Shown here: one piece after another, positions 48,980-59,651 of the stretch
Layout of the letters: the number at the start of each line of letters is the position of its first letter
Numbering within the stretch: position 1 is the first letter of the stretch
Origin: an uncultured Solirubrobacterales bacterium
GTDB lineage: Bacteria; Actinomycetota; Thermoleophilia; Solirubrobacterales; Solirubrobacteraceae
Length of the DNA stretch: 64,000 nt
Direction of reading: 5' to 3'
NCBI GenBank assembly: GCA_963743645.1
Contig: CAVUQT010000006.1
Location: 24,238-88,237 of the forward strand
Translations under genes and position numbers: made by a program
Notes under the pieces: model-generated
The model's input: the letters and a program-made list of their open reading frames with translations, nothing else
Told to the model about the DNA's origin: nothing
Database searches by the model: none

Positions 48980-50104
48980 GTGAGTCCCGAGCGTGAGCCT
49001 CTGCTGCGCATCGAAGACCTGCGCGTGTCGTACGCCACCGAAGACGGAGTGGTGCGGGCCGTGGACGGGATCTCCTATGAGCTCGGACGCGGGCGCACGC
49101 TCGGGATCGTCGGCGAGTCCGGGTCGGGAAAGACCGTGGCCGCGCTCAGCGTGCTGGGGTTGACGCGCGCGGAGGGGGCGACGGTCAGCGGGCATGTCTG
49201 GTTCGAGGGCCGTGATCTGCTGGCGCTCGCAGAGCCCGAGCTGCGGGCCGTGCGCGGCAATGAGATCGCGATGGTGTTCCAGGACCCGCTGTCGGCGCTG
49301 CATCCGCTGTACCGGGTCGGCGCGCAGATCGTGGAGGCGATTCGCGCGCATCGGAGCATCGCCAAGGCCAGGGCGCGCACGCAGGCGATCGAGCTGCTCG
49401 ACCTCGTGGGCCTCCCCGATCCGGCGCAGCGCGTGGACGCCTATCCGCACGAGCTGTCCGGCGGCCAGCGCCAGCGCGCGATGATCGCGATGGCGCTGGC
49501 CAACGAGCCGAAGCTGTTGATCGCCGACGAGCCCACGACTGCGCTCGACGTGACCGTGCAGGCGCAGATCCTGGCCCTGCTCTCGCGGTTGCAGCGTGAG
49601 CTGGGGATGGCGCTCGTGCTCGTGACCCACGATCTGGGGGTCGTTGCCGAGATGGCCGATGAGATCGCCGTCATGTACGCGGGGCGGATCGTCGAGAGCG
49701 CTCCCGCCGAGCGCGTGTTGACCGCGCCCGAGCACCCGTATACGTGGGGTCTGCTGCGCTCGATTCCCACGCTCGACGGCCCGCGCGAGGAGCTGCTCAC
49801 GCCGATCTCCGGCAGCCCCCCGAGTCCGCTGGCCCCCCCGTCGGGCTGTCGCTTTCACCCGCGCTGTCCCTACTCCGAGCCCGAGCACGCGCGCACCGAC
49901 CCCGACCTGCTGGCGGTCGCAGGCCAGCCCGACCACCGGGTCGCATGCCTGCTGGAGTCCGGCGCGCGCCGGCGGCTGTGGGCACAGCTGCGCGACGGGC
50001 ACGGCAGCGGCAGCACTTCCCAGCCGGCCCTCGCGACGATCGCGCCCGGCGGCGCGGCGGCCGATCCGGGGGAAACACCGGCCGAGCCGGGGAGGACGCC
50101 ATGA
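48980..50104 (+). CDS. Peptide ABC ATPase (OppD/DppD)
   Basis: [33 protein letters not shown] and GCRFHPRC motifs. Confidence 0.95.
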   Translation: MSPEREPLLRIEDLRVSYATEDGVVRAVDGISYELGRGRTLGIVGESGSGKTVAALSVLGLTRAEGATVSGHVWFEGRDLLALAEPELRAVRGNEIAMVFQDPLSALHPLYRVGAQIVEAIRAHRSIAKARARTQAIELLDLVGLPDPAQRVDAYPHELSGGQRQRAMIAMALANEPKLLIADEPTTALDVTVQAQILALLSRLQRELGMALVLVTHDLGVVAEMADEIAVMYAGRIVESAPAERVLTAPEHPYTWGLLRSIPTLDGPREELLTPISGSPPSPLAPPSGCRFHPRCPYSEPEHARTDPDLLAVAGQPDHRVACLLESGARRRLWAQLRDGHGSGSTSQPALATIAPGGAAADPGETPAEPGRTP

Positions 50105-50931
50105 GCTCGGCCGAGCCGCTGCTGCGGGTGAAGGGCCTGGTCAAGGAGTTCTCGATCGGCCGCGGTGTCGTGCTGCGGCGCAACGTCGGCGCGGTGAAAG
50201 CGGTGGACGGCATCGACTTCGATGTGCTTTGCGGCGAGACGTTCGGAATCGTCGGGGAGTCGGGCTCGGGCAAGAGCACGACCGCGCGCCTGATCGCGCG
50301 CCTGCTGGACCCAACTGCCGGTGAGGTGTGGTTCGACGGGCGCGACATCACGGCACTGCGCGGATCGCGCCTGAAGCAGGTCAGGCGCGACGTGCAGATG
50401 GTGTTCCAGGACCCGTACTCCTCGCTGAACCCGCGCCGGACGATCGGCTCGATCGTCGCCGAGCCGCTGGCGATCCATCGCGTCGAGCCCGATCGGGCCG
50501 CGCGCAGGCGGGCGGTCGCAGAGTTGATGCAGACGGTCGGGCTGAACCCCGAGCACTACAACCGCTACCCGCACGAGTTCTCCGGCGGCCAGCGCCAGCG
50601 CATCGGCATCGCGCGCGCGCTTGCGCTGGGACCCAAGCTGCTGATCGCCGACGAGCCTGTCTCGGCGCTGGACGTCTCGATCCAGGCGCAGGTGCTCAAC
50701 CTGCTGCGCGACCTGCAGCGCCGGCTGGGCCTGACGATGGTGTTCATCTCCCACGACCTGTCGGTCGTCAGACACATGTGCGACCGCATCGCGGTCATGC
50801 ACGACGGGCGCATCGTCGAGCTGGCGTCCAACGACGAGCTGTACAGCTCGCCCCGCGATCCGTATACGCGCGAGCTGCTCGCGGCGGTGCCGGGCGCCCG
50901 CCGGGTGCGGCAGCGTACGATCTCCGCATGA
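50101..50931 (+). CDS. Peptide ABC ATPase (OppF/DppF)
   Basis: GESGSGKS, FQDPYSSLNP, FSGGQRQR and DEPVSALD motifs. Confidence 0.95.
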   Translation: MSSAEPLLRVKGLVKEFSIGRGVVLRRNVGAVKAVDGIDFDVLCGETFGIVGESGSGKSTTARLIARLLDPTAGEVWFDGRDITALRGSRLKQVRRDVQMVFQDPYSSLNPRRTIGSIVAEPLAIHRVEPDRAARRRAVAELMQTVGLNPEHYNRYPHEFSGGQRQRIGIARALALGPKLLIADEPVSALDVSIQAQVLNLLRDLQRRLGLTMVFISHDLSVVRHMCDRIAVMHDGRIVELASNDELYSSPRDPYTRELLAAVPGARRVRQRTISA

Positions 50932-52387
50932 GCGATGGAGCACCGGGAGCACCGGGAGCACCGGGAGCCGCCGCGATGCCGGCGGGTGAGACGCCCCGAG
51001 CAAGCTCTGACCTGGCGGGTGAGACGCAGCGACTGCTGCGGGACCTGATTCGCTTCAACACGGTCAACCCTCCCGGCGCCGAGCTCCCCGCACAGGAACA
51101 CCTCGCCGCGCACCTGGCGCAGGCGGGCTTTGAGTGTGAGCTGCTCGGCGCCGAGCCCGGGCGGCCGAATCTCGTGGCACGCCTGCGCGGAGAGCGGGAC
51201 GGTCCGACGCTGTGCTACCTGGGCCATGTCGACACGGTGCTCGCCGACCCGCAGGAATGGAGCCACGACCCCTGGTCGGGGGATATCGCCGACGGGTACA
51301 TGTGGGGGCGGGGCGCGCTGGACATGAAGTCCCAGGTCGCGGCCGAGATCGCCGCGGCGGCGACGCTGGCGCGCTCGGGCTGGCGCCCGCGCGGGGCGAG
51401 CTGCTGATCGTCGCCGTGGTCGACGAGGAGACGGGGGGCTCGCTCGGCGCGGAGTGGATCACGCAGACGCACCCCGACGTCGTGCGCTGCGACATGCTCG
51501 TCAACGAGGGCGCGGGGTGCGTGTTCGAGTACGGCGGCACACGCCGCTACGGGGTGTGCTGCGCCGAGAAGGGCGTGTTCCGGTTCACGCTCACGACCAG
51601 CGGCGTGGCGGGGCACGCGTCGATGCCGAGCATGGGCGAGAACGCGCTGCTGAAGATGGCGCCGCTGCTGGAGCGCCTCGGCGCACGGCGGCCCTCCTAT
51701 GAGCTGACGGACGAGCCGCGCGCGTTTTTGAGCGCGATCGGCGAGGACCCTGACGATCTCGCGGGCTCGGTCGCGCGCCTGCGCGCCGCCGACGAGCGCC
51801 TGGCGACGATGTTCGAGCCGATGCTCGGCGTCACGTTCGCGCCGACCCGGATCAGCGCGTCGGAGAAGATCAACGTCATACCCAGCCGCGCCGTGCTGCG
51901 GGTGGACTGCCGCACGCCCCCCGGCCTCGGCGAGGCGGAGGTCAGGCGCGCGATCGCGGAGGTACTTGGATCCAACCTTCCCGGATCCAACCTTCCCGGA
52001 TCCAACCATCCCGGATCCAACCATCCCGGATCCAACCATCCCGGATCCAACCACCCCGAAGAGGGCTTCGCGGTCGAGTTCACCGAGCGCGTGGTCGGCA
52101 ACCGCTCACCCGTGAGCTCGCCGCTGATGGATGCGATCTCCGATTGGGTCTCAGAGCACGACCCGGGCGCCCGAACCGCGCCGACGATCCTGCCCGGGTT
52201 CACCGACTCGCGCCACTTTCGTGCCGCGTTCGCGGAGTGTGTCGCGTACGGGTTCTTCCCCCAGCGCCACCAGTCGCTGCTGGAGACGGCGCCCCTGATC
52301 CACGGTGCGGACGAGCGCATCGACGTCCGTGACCTGGCGTTCGCGGCTGAGTTCTTCAGGGACCTCGCGCTGCGTGTGCTGGGGTGA
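50928..52387 (+). CDS. M20/M25/M40 metallopeptidase (one apparent frameshift near 51395)
   Basis: GHVDTV and GRGALDMK in one frame; DEETGG, NEG, GHAS, GFTDS and IHGADE in the next. Confidence 0.88.
51968..52057 (+). repeat. In-frame 15-bp tandem repeat x6 (GSNLP/GSNHP)
   Basis: GGATCCAACC(A/T)TCCC units with no spacers. Confidence 0.95.
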
Positions 52388-52420
52388 GCTGGAGGGCGCC
52401 GAGCCCGCACGGGCGGCGCC

Positions 52421-52449
52421 CGATCGGAGATCGACGGGATCTCCGATCG
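52421..52449. repeat. REP-like hairpin / possible terminator
   Basis: CGATCGGAGATC-GACGG-GATCTCCGATCG, a perfect 12-bp stem related to the hairpins at 5038 and 5134. Confidence 0.7.
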
Positions 52450-52655
52450 ACCGCGCAGTGACCGCGGCCGCGCGCGTGCGTGGTCATGCGACGATTTCAA
52501 GACCTGTCCTGCTGAGCGGAGCAGGCGGCCGGTGGCCGGTAGCCTCACGACTCGTGCCGATCCCATGGCCGATCGCCCCACAACTCGTGCCGATCCCGCA
52601 TAATGGTTGTCAGCCGGGTGCATCAGCCATGGGTGGCGACAGCTAGGGAGCAAGG

Positions 52656-54305
52656 ATGACGACGGTGACGGCGACGTTCGTGCAGGAAATTCAGAACTGG
52701 GCCTACAACTGGTCCCCGGTCGTGATGATGTTGTTCTTCGGGGCGCTGCTGTATCTGATGTGGCGCACCCTGAAGGTGATGCCGCGGATCAAGCCGCAGC
52801 AGATCAAGCCGGCGTCGGACCAGTCGGTGTCGTTCGCCGACATCGCCGGTGTGGACGACGCCAAGGGCGAGCTGCAGGAGATCGTCGAGTTCTTGCGCGA
52901 CCCGGCCCGGTTTCAGGCGCTGGGGGCGCAGGTGCCGAAGGGCATCCTCCTGCACGGGCCGCCGGGGACGGGCAAGACGCTGCTGGCGAAGGCCGTCGCG
53001 AACGAGTCCGGCGCGCAGTTCTTCGCTCAGTCGGCGGCGTCGTTCGTGGAGATGTTCGCCGGCCTGGGCGCGGCGCGCATCAGGCAGCTGTTCGCGATCG
53101 CCCGCAAGCACGAGCCCGCGATCATCTTCATCGACGAGCTCGACGCGGTCGGCGGACGGCGCGGGATGGACGTGTCCGGGGAGAAGGACCAGACGCTCAA
53201 CCAGCTGCTGGTCGAGATGGACGGGTTTGCGACGAGCGGGCGCGTGGTGGTGATCGCCGCGTCGAACCTGCTGGACAAGCTCGACTCGGCGCTGTTGCGT
53301 CCCGGGCGCTTCGACCGCCAGGTGTTCGTGGTGCCGCCCGATGTCGCGGGGCGCGAAGGCGTCCTGGCCGTGCACACGCGCGACAAGCCGCTGGGAGAGG
53401 TCGACCTGGGGCTCGTGGCCAAGCAGACCAGCGGCCTGACCGGCGCGGACCTGGCGAACATCTGCAACGAGGCGGCCATCTTCGCCGCCCGCCGCGGCGC
53501 GAGCGCGATCGACGACGCGGACTTCGACAGCGCGCTGGAGCGCGTGATCGCGGGCGTGCAGTCGCGGCGCGTGCTGAACGCGCACGAGAAGCGGGTCGTC
53601 GCGTTTCACGAGGCCGGCCACGCGCTGTGCGGCGAGCTGCTGCCGTCGGTGGACCGCGTGCACCGCATCTCGATCGTGCCGCGCGGGCGCGCGCTCGGCT
53701 ACACGCTGAACCTGCCCGCCGAGGACCGCTACCTGAAGACGCGCGAGGAGCTGCTCGACTACATGACGGTCCTGCTCGGGGGGCGTGTCGCCGAGCAGGT
53801 CGTGTTCGGCGCGATCACGACGGGCGCGTCGGACGATCTCAAGCGCGTGGCGGACATCTCACACTCGATGGTGCACGACTTCGCGATGGTCGGCGGCGGC
53901 GTCGGGCGCGCTCCGGACGGTGACGTGCGCCTGTCGGAGACGACGCTGCGCATCCGCGACGAGGAGCGCCAGGACCTGATCGAGGAGGCCAGGCGCGCGG
54001 CTCAGAAGATGGTCGTCTCCCACCGCCATCACCTGGACGCGCTCGCGCGCGAGCTGCTCGAGCACGAGGTGCTGGACCGCGACGCGATCGAGCGGATCAT
54101 GACCGGCGTGCCGCGCCTGGAGCGCGCCCCCGGCGTCGGCCTGCGCGTGGTCGCCGCGGCCGCGCCTCACGATCCTCCGGCCGGCTCCGCGGCGATCGAC
54201 CCGCCGCCAGCCGCCGGGATGGGGTCGTCTCCGGCGGTCCGAGCGCCGGGGACCGGAGCGCCGGGGACGACCCCGAGCGAGGGCCGAGAAACCCGCCGCC
54301 GATAG
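52656..54305 (+). CDS. FtsH-like AAA+ zinc metalloprotease (short, single TM)
   Basis: [44 protein letters not shown] and GASDD motifs. Confidence 0.92.
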   Translation: MTTVTATFVQEIQNWAYNWSPVVMMLFFGALLYLMWRTLKVMPRIKPQQIKPASDQSVSFADIAGVDDAKGELQEIVEFLRDPARFQALGAQVPKGILLHGPPGTGKTLLAKAVANESGAQFFAQSAASFVEMFAGLGAARIRQLFAIARKHEPAIIFIDELDAVGGRRGMDVSGEKDQTLNQLLVEMDGFATSGRVVVIAASNLLDKLDSALLRPGRFDRQVFVVPPDVAGREGVLAVHTRDKPLGEVDLGLVAKQTSGLTGADLANICNEAAIFAARRGASAIDDADFDSALERVIAGVQSRRVLNAHEKRVVAFHEAGHALCGELLPSVDRVHRISIVPRGRALGYTLNLPAEDRYLKTREELLDYMTVLLGGRVAEQVVFGAITTGASDDLKRVADISHSMVHDFAMVGGGVGRAPDGDVRLSETTLRIRDEERQDLIEEARRAAQKMVVSHRHHLDALARELLEHEVLDRDAIERIMTGVPRLERAPGVGLRVVAAAAPHDPPAGSAAIDPPPAAGMGSSPAVRAPGTGAPGTTPSEGRETRRR

Positions 54306-54315
54306 ACTGCCCGGC

Positions 54316-54729
54316 GTGTTCGACCGTATCGACCATGTCGGCGTGGCCGTCGAGGAGATCGACGCAGCGCTCGAGCTCTATCGCGACCTGTTCGAGCTGG
54401 ATGTCGCCCACCGCGAGATCGTGCAGGAGCAGGGCGTGGAGGCTGTGCTGCTGGACATCGGTGAGAACCATGTCGAGCTGCTCGCGCCGCTCGGTCCCGA
54501 CACTCCGGTCGGAAAGTTCCTGGCCAAGCGCGGCCCGGGGCTGCACCATGTCGCCTACCAGGTGACCGACATCGACTCCACGCTCGCCGTGCTCGGACAG
54601 GCCGGGTTGCAGTTGATCGACAAGCAGCCGCGCGTGGGGATCGGCGCCACGCGGGTCGCCTTTCTGCATCCCAAGGCGATGGGCGGCGTGCTGGTCGAGA
54701 TCGTCCAGCCCGCGGCAGGAGCCCACTGA
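54316..54729 (+). CDS. mce: Methylmalonyl-CoA epimerase
   Basis: IDHVGVAV, VELL, GLHHVAY, AFLHPK and GVLVE motifs. TAGACT lies 7 nt before the GTG. Confidence 0.93.
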   Translation: MFDRIDHVGVAVEEIDAALELYRDLFELDVAHREIVQEQGVEAVLLDIGENHVELLAPLGPDTPVGKFLAKRGPGLHHVAYQVTDIDSTLAVLGQAGLQLIDKQPRVGIGATRVAFLHPKAMGGVLVEIVQPAAGAH

Positions 54730-54944
54730 TGGCGGCGCTGCGCCGCATAAGCATCGGGTTTCAGGGCGGCCAGGTGCTTGCGCTGCGCGTCAGCGAGGCC
54801 CAGCTGAAGGGGCTGTACTCAGCGCTGCAGGACGGTGGCTGGCACGAGCTGGAGACCGAGGACGGGCCCGTGCGGCTGTATCTCGGGCAGGTCGTGTACG
54901 TGCGCGCGGAGGATGAGGACTCGCGCGTCGGCTTCGGTGCGTAG
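54729..54944 (+). CDS. Small hypothetical protein (DUF3107-like)
   Basis: 71 aa, translationally coupled to mce, ends RVGFGA. Confidence 0.7.
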   Translation: MAALRRISIGFQGGQVLALRVSEAQLKGLYSALQDGGWHELETEDGPVRLYLGQVVYVRAEDEDSRVGFGA

Positions 54945-54948
54945 TCCT

Positions 54949-55497
54949 GTGGGCTCGCTGGACGATCGGCTGCTGTGCATCGCGCGCACGCGCGGCCATG
55001 GCGATCCACGGGTCGAGCGCGACGTTGCCCGATTCTCGCGGCTGGGCCAGCACGGGGGAATCTGGCTGGCGATCGGCGCAGGCGGCTGGGCGCTCGATCT
55101 CCCGCGCGCGGCGGACTGGCGCAGGGCGACGGTCAGGATCGCGGGCGTATATGCGCTGAACACGGCGATCAAGCTTGCCGTCCGCCGCCGCCGCCCGGAG
55201 CTGCCGGGGTTGCCCGCGCTGACGGACACCCCGACGCAGCTGAGCTTTCCCAGCGCTCACGCCTCGACCTCGTTTGCCGCAGCGCGTCTATACGCGCGCC
55301 TGGGACTGCCCGCCGCACCCCTGTACGCCCTGGCGGTGGGGCTGTCCCTGTCGCGGCTGTACCTGGGCGTGCACTACCCCTCCGACGTGCTGGGGGGAGC
55401 TGTGCTGGGCACAGTGGCGGGGGCGAACCGCGCCGAGCTAACGCTGCTCGTCGAATCCAGGCCAGGCAGGGTCGATGTCCTCGCTGCGAAGCAATGA
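54949..55497 (+). CDS. PAP2-family phosphatase
   Basis: K-x6-RP, SFPSAH and SRLYLGVHYPSD motifs. Confidence 0.9.
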   Translation: MGSLDDRLLCIARTRGHGDPRVERDVARFSRLGQHGGIWLAIGAGGWALDLPRAADWRRATVRIAGVYALNTAIKLAVRRRRPELPGLPALTDTPTQLSFPSAHASTSFAAARLYARLGLPAAPLYALAVGLSLSRLYLGVHYPSDVLGGAVLGTVAGANRAELTLLVESRPGRVDVLAAKQ

Positions 55498-55559
55498 TGC
55501 TTCGATGGCAAGGACATCCTCGACGCCATGATCCTTGCCGAGGACATATCCGTCGGGAA

Positions 55560-56183
55560 TCAGTCGCTCCAGCCGGCCGTTCTTTTCATGAGGTTGTATA
55601 TCTCGTCGTGTAGCCATGGTGGCTTTCCAGATGCTTTTCGTTGACGGCGAGCGATCAGCAGCGCGTATGTCTCGGCTATCAGCTCGTGCGTATAGTTGTG
55701 ACGACGATACGCCGCTGAGCGGATGACCTCGCGAACCCCAGCCGGGGCGAGGTCCAGGAGCCTGTTGCCTGCGCTCACGTCCTCGGGCGAGCACCGCACG
55801 AGGCTCAGCGCGTGGCCCCACTCGTGCCATGCGATGCGCGCGATGAACGCTTCCCGCGTGCGCTCGTCCAGAGCGGTGAGTCGGGGATGGCCCACATCTA
55901 CGAGAACGATCCGTAGCTTTGGGATCCATACGCCCAGCGCGTGATCCAACCCGCTTCGAGTCGAGCGCGTGAGCGCGGATTGCCCGGCCGAGCGCAGAAA
56001 CCCATCGACCGCCGCGCCGAGCGGCCTGTCGACCGCCTGCCACTGCGATGCTCCGATCTCTTCCAACAGCTCGCGGTGATCGCACGGCAGGCTCAGCCAC
56101 GCAGACCGCAGCACTCGATCCGCCCGCTGAGATGCGGCCTTGCTCAGACGTCCGCCGCGCTGCGTGCCATCGCGCTCGGACAT
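55560..56183 (-). CDS. Hypothetical HExxH zinc metallopeptidase-like protein
   Basis: AWHEWGH plus downstream ELIAETY, with atypical codon usage. Confidence 0.6.
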   Translation of the reverse strand: MSERDGTQRGGRLSKAASQRADRVLRSAWLSLPCDHRELLEEIGASQWQAVDRPLGAAVDGFLRSAGQSALTRSTRSGLDHALGVWIPKLRIVLVDVGHPRLTALDERTREAFIARIAWHEWGHALSLVRCSPEDVSAGNRLLDLAPAGVREVIRSAAYRRHNYTHELIAETYALLIARRQRKASGKPPWLHDEIYNLMKRTAGWSD

Positions 56184-56425
56184 CACACGGTTCGAAGCGG
56201 ATCGGCGGATCGTCCGGAGAATCGGCCTGGCGGCATGAGACGTGGAGTTCTCACCACCTCCTCTTCCGACAGACCTGCCCTCGCGGGACACCGCGTAGAA
56301 AACTTTGCGGTGGGATCGAGACTGTGTCGAGAGGACCCTTCGGCCGCGTCTGCGCCCGGGTGCGTATCGTCTCGCTCCGATGGAGGGAGCCTCGAGATGA
56401 CCGCACCGGATAAACGGGTGCGCGG

Positions 56426-57520
56426 GTGAGCACCAGGATCGGCATCGTGGGGATGCCCAACGCGGGGAAGTCCTCGCTGTTCAACGCACTCACCAAAGCG
56501 GGGGCGGAGGCGGCGAACTACCCGTTCACGACGATCGAGCCGAACGTCGCGGTCGTGCCCGTGCGTGACGAGCGTCTGCAAGAGGTTGCGCGGACCGTCG
56601 GGGCCTCGGAGATCGTGTGGGACACGATCGACTTCCATGACATCGCGGGGCTTGTCGCTGGCGCCCATCAGGGCGAGGGGCTGGGCAACCGCTTCCTGGC
56701 GAACATTCGCGAGACAGATGCGATCGTGCACGTCGTGCGGGCGCACTCAGACGAGGGGGTCGTGCACCCCGAGGGCAGGGTCGATCCGCTGGCGGACATC
56801 GCGACGATCGAGACCGAGCTGGCGCTTGCCGATCTGGAGCAGGCCGAGCGCCGGATCGAGCGCGTCGCCAAACAGGCGCGGGGCGGGGACAAGGTCGCGG
56901 TCGCCGAGGAGGCGTGGCTGGCAGAGGCGATCGCCGCGCTTGGAGCCGGCAGGCCCGTGCGCACCGTTCCATTGCCCGAGGAGGCTCCGCACGCCGCGCG
57001 CGACCTCGGCTCGCTGACGGCCAAGCCGGTGTTGTTCGTCGCCAATGTGGACGAGGGCTCGGACGGGGTGCCCGCCGAGATCGCCGCTCACGCAGAGACG
57101 CAGGGAGCACGCGCGGTGGCGGTGAGCGCGCGCATCGAGGCCGAGCTGGCCGAGCTTGACGACGAGGATGCGAGCGCGATGCGCGCAGAATTGCTGGCCC
57201 ATCCGCCGGGCGAGTCAGGCCTCGAGCGTGTCGCGCGCGAGGCGTTCGCGCTGCTTCAGCTGATCGCCTTCTTCACCGCCGGTGAGGCCAAGCCCGCCCA
57301 GTCTTGGCACCTGCGCGAGGGCCTGACTGCATGGCATGCCGCCGGGGAGATCCACACGGACATCCAGCGCGGATTTGTGCGCGCCGAAGTGATCGGCTGG
57401 CGCGAGCTGGTCGATGCGGACGGTTATGCCGGCGCGCGCGACCGCGGGACGTTGCGGCTGGAGGGCAGGGACTATGCGATGGCCGACGGGGACGTGATCA
57501 CGGTCAAGTTCACGCCGTAG
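56426..57520 (+). CDS. ychF: Ribosome-binding ATPase YchF
   Basis: GIVGMPNAGKS, ANYPFTTIEPN, DIAGLV, GEGLGN.FL..IRE and EGRDY motifs. Confidence 0.96.
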   Translation: MSTRIGIVGMPNAGKSSLFNALTKAGAEAANYPFTTIEPNVAVVPVRDERLQEVARTVGASEIVWDTIDFHDIAGLVAGAHQGEGLGNRFLANIRETDAIVHVVRAHSDEGVVHPEGRVDPLADIATIETELALADLEQAERRIERVAKQARGGDKVAVAEEAWLAEAIAALGAGRPVRTVPLPEEAPHAARDLGSLTAKPVLFVANVDEGSDGVPAEIAAHAETQGARAVAVSARIEAELAELDDEDASAMRAELLAHPPGESGLERVAREAFALLQLIAFFTAGEAKPAQSWHLREGLTAWHAAGEIHTDIQRGFVRAEVIGWRELVDADGYAGARDRGTLRLEGRDYAMADGDVITVKFTP

Positions 57521-57611
57521 GGCGGCGGGCTGAACAGCAGCGGATCGGGCAGCGGATCGCGGCTCGGTGGCAGCGATCCGGCGGGCGACTGTGGGTCGCC
57601 TCGCGGCGAGC

Positions 57612-57696
57612 CGGACACATAGGCACGGACACATAGGCATAGAAGTTGGACGCACAGAGATAGATGTTGGACGCACCGGGTGGTATCCTGGACGCA
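57612..57696 (+). promoter_or_regulatory. Direct-repeat-rich promoter of the MNT-HEPN operon
   Basis: CGGACACATAGGCA x2 (57612-57639), ATAGAWGTTGGACGCAC x2 (57639 and 57660), and -10 TATCCT 6 nt before the ATG. Confidence 0.6.
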
Positions 57697-58268
57697 TGGG
57701 ATGGGTGCTGGGCAAATCGGCGGACAGGATCGGGTGCAGCGAGCGCACGCTGCGCCGGTACATCAACGTAGGCCTGCTGCATGGTCGCCGGGTGGCCGGC
57801 GGCCAGCTCGAACTGTCACACGCGGAGGAGGCCTATCTACGCGGTCACTGGACGCTGCTCAGCAAGCTGATGGGAGCGCTGCGCACGGAGCGCGACGTGC
57901 GCCTGGCGGTCCTGTTCGGCTCGACCGCAACCGGCGAGGACACTCCGGTCTCGGATGTGGACCTGCTGATCGTCCACCGCCGCACTGAGGTGATGGCGCA
58001 GGTGGATTTGCGTATGCGTCTGCGGCGCGCGCTGGGCACGCCTGTGGATGTCGTCATGCTGGAGCAGGCCGAGATGCAGCCCCCGCTGCTCGCCGATGTC
58101 CTGCGCGAGGGGCGCGTGTTGATCGACCGTGACGATCTCTGGGGCTCTCTCCAGCAACGTCGCGACGAGATCCTGGCGGCGGGCGCCCACGAGGACCAGC
58201 TGATCATGGCCCGTGCACACGCGACGCTCGCTGCCGCCAGCGAAAGATTGGCGCAGGCGCAGGTGTGA
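57696..58268 (+). CDS. HTH-fused minimal nucleotidyltransferase (MntA-like antitoxin)
   Basis: N-terminal HTH (ADRIGCSERTLRRYI), GS-x10-DVD and PVDVV motifs. Confidence 0.85.
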   Translation: MGWVLGKSADRIGCSERTLRRYINVGLLHGRRVAGGQLELSHAEEAYLRGHWTLLSKLMGALRTERDVRLAVLFGSTATGEDTPVSDVDLLIVHRRTEVMAQVDLRMRLRRALGTPVDVVMLEQAEMQPPLLADVLREGRVLIDRDDLWGSLQQRRDEILAAGAHEDQLIMARAHATLAAASERLAQAQV

Positions 58269-58765
58269 GCGCGGCCGGCGTGTCCAAGGGCCAGCGCCGG
58301 ATCGCCGCCATCCTCCAAGAGATCCCCGCTGCGCGCGAGCAGTTGCTCGTGGCGATGGACGGGTTTGGACCGGACTTTGCGGAGGAGGGGTTTGTCGCTG
58401 CCGCGCAGTCGCCGGATGCGCACGAGCGCAACCGGGTGGCGATCGTCGAGCGCGAGTACGAGGTGTTGCTCAATTGGCTGGGAGAGCTTGCGGCGCGTGG
58501 GCTTGCAGAGGGACAGCGCCTTGGGGTGGTGGACAAATCTCCCGGCCGTTTCTGGGAACGACTCGCCACGCTCGGCGTCATCTCGCATGAGTCCGCCGCG
58601 CGCCTGCAAAAAGCCAAGGAACTGCGTGACATCCTCGGCCACGCCTACCCGCTCGCCAATTGGAAAATCCTGCACGAGGGCGTCCTTATCCTCGTCGACG
58701 AGCTCGATCCCTATCTCGACAGTCTCAAACGTTGGATATCCAAGGAAGAGATTCTCCCGGCCTGA
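58265..58765 (+). CDS. HEPN RNase toxin (HepT-like)
   Basis: RDILGHAY matches Rx4HxY. GTGA overlap with the MNT gene. Confidence 0.85.
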   Translation: MSAAGVSKGQRRIAAILQEIPAAREQLLVAMDGFGPDFAEEGFVAAAQSPDAHERNRVAIVEREYEVLLNWLGELAARGLAEGQRLGVVDKSPGRFWERLATLGVISHESAARLQKAKELRDILGHAYPLANWKILHEGVLILVDELDPYLDSLKRWISKEEILPA

Positions 58766-58772
58766 GCAGCTG

Positions 58773-59651
58773 TCAGCTGTGCTTGCCCGCCAGCTCCTCC
58801 AACCGCTCGGCCAGACGCGCCATGCCCAGCTCACGCGCGGCGCTCGCACCGGCGAGGAAGTCCGTGACATGGTCGGGCGGCCGTCGAACATCCATGTGTA
58901 CGAGCGTGGCGATCTCCTTGAAGACACGCAGCAGCTCGGCGTTCTCACGCAGCGCAGCGGTGGCCCGCGGACGAATGTGTCGGTCGTCCGATTCGGCGGC
59001 CGCCAGCACGCCCTCCAGTGAGCCATGGCGCAGCAGCAGTTCGGCCGCCGTCTTCACACCGACGCCCGGCGCGCCCGGCAGGCCGTCGGAAGGGTCGCCG
59101 CGCAGCGCGATCAGGTCGGGTACCAGCTTGGGACCGATCCCGTGATATCGCTCACGCACCTGCGCCGGTCCGATCTCGCCCGCGAAGCGTCCTTTGGCCA
59201 GTTGAGCGATCGTGACGTGTTCATCGACTGCCTGGAACAGGTCGCGGTCGGCCGTCAGCAGCAGGGCCTTGCCGCCCGCCTCCGCCTCCACGCGCGCATG
59301 GGAGAACATCGCGTCGTCGGCCTCCAGCTCGCCCGCGTCGCACACCGTCCAGCCCAGGCTCTCCATCAGGGCCGGCGCCTGCACCCACTGCGCGCGCAGC
59401 TCGGCCGGCATCGGCTCGCGGTGGGCGTGATACGGCGGGTACATGCGCACTCGGTAGACGGCATGCTCGGCGCCGACACACGCCACGACCGCGCGCGCCG
59501 GGCGCTCTTGCATGACGGTCAGCAGCGCGTTGACCATTCCCAGCAGCGCGTTCACGGGCCGTCCCTCGCTGTCCACGATCGACCGGGGCAGCCCGAAGAA
59601 CGCGCGATACAGCAGCCATGGCACGTCGGCGATCAGCAGCGGGTCGGGCAC
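58773..59651 (-). CDS. Standalone 5'-3' exonuclease / flap endonuclease
   Basis: YRAFFGLP, EADD, ADRDLFQ and ALRGDPSDGLPG..GVG.KTA motifs. Confidence 0.92.
   Translation of the reverse strand: MPDPLLIADVPWLLYRAFFGLPRSIVDSEGRPVNALLGMVNALLTVMQERPARAVVACVGAEHAVYRVRMYPPYHAHREPMPAELRAQWVQAPALMESLGWTVCDAGELEADDAMFSHARVEAEAGGKALLLTADRDLFQAVDEHVTIAQLAKGRFAGEIGPAQVRERYHGIGPKLVPDLIALRGDPSDGLPGAPGVGVKTAAELLLRHGSLEGVLAAAESDDRHIRPRATAALRENAELLRVFKEIATLVHMDVRRPPDHVTDFLAGASAARELGMARLAERLEELAGKHS

Noticed and set aside
51968-52057. GGATCCAACC repeats as a CRISPR array
   Set aside because: There are no spacers. It is an in-frame coding minisatellite.
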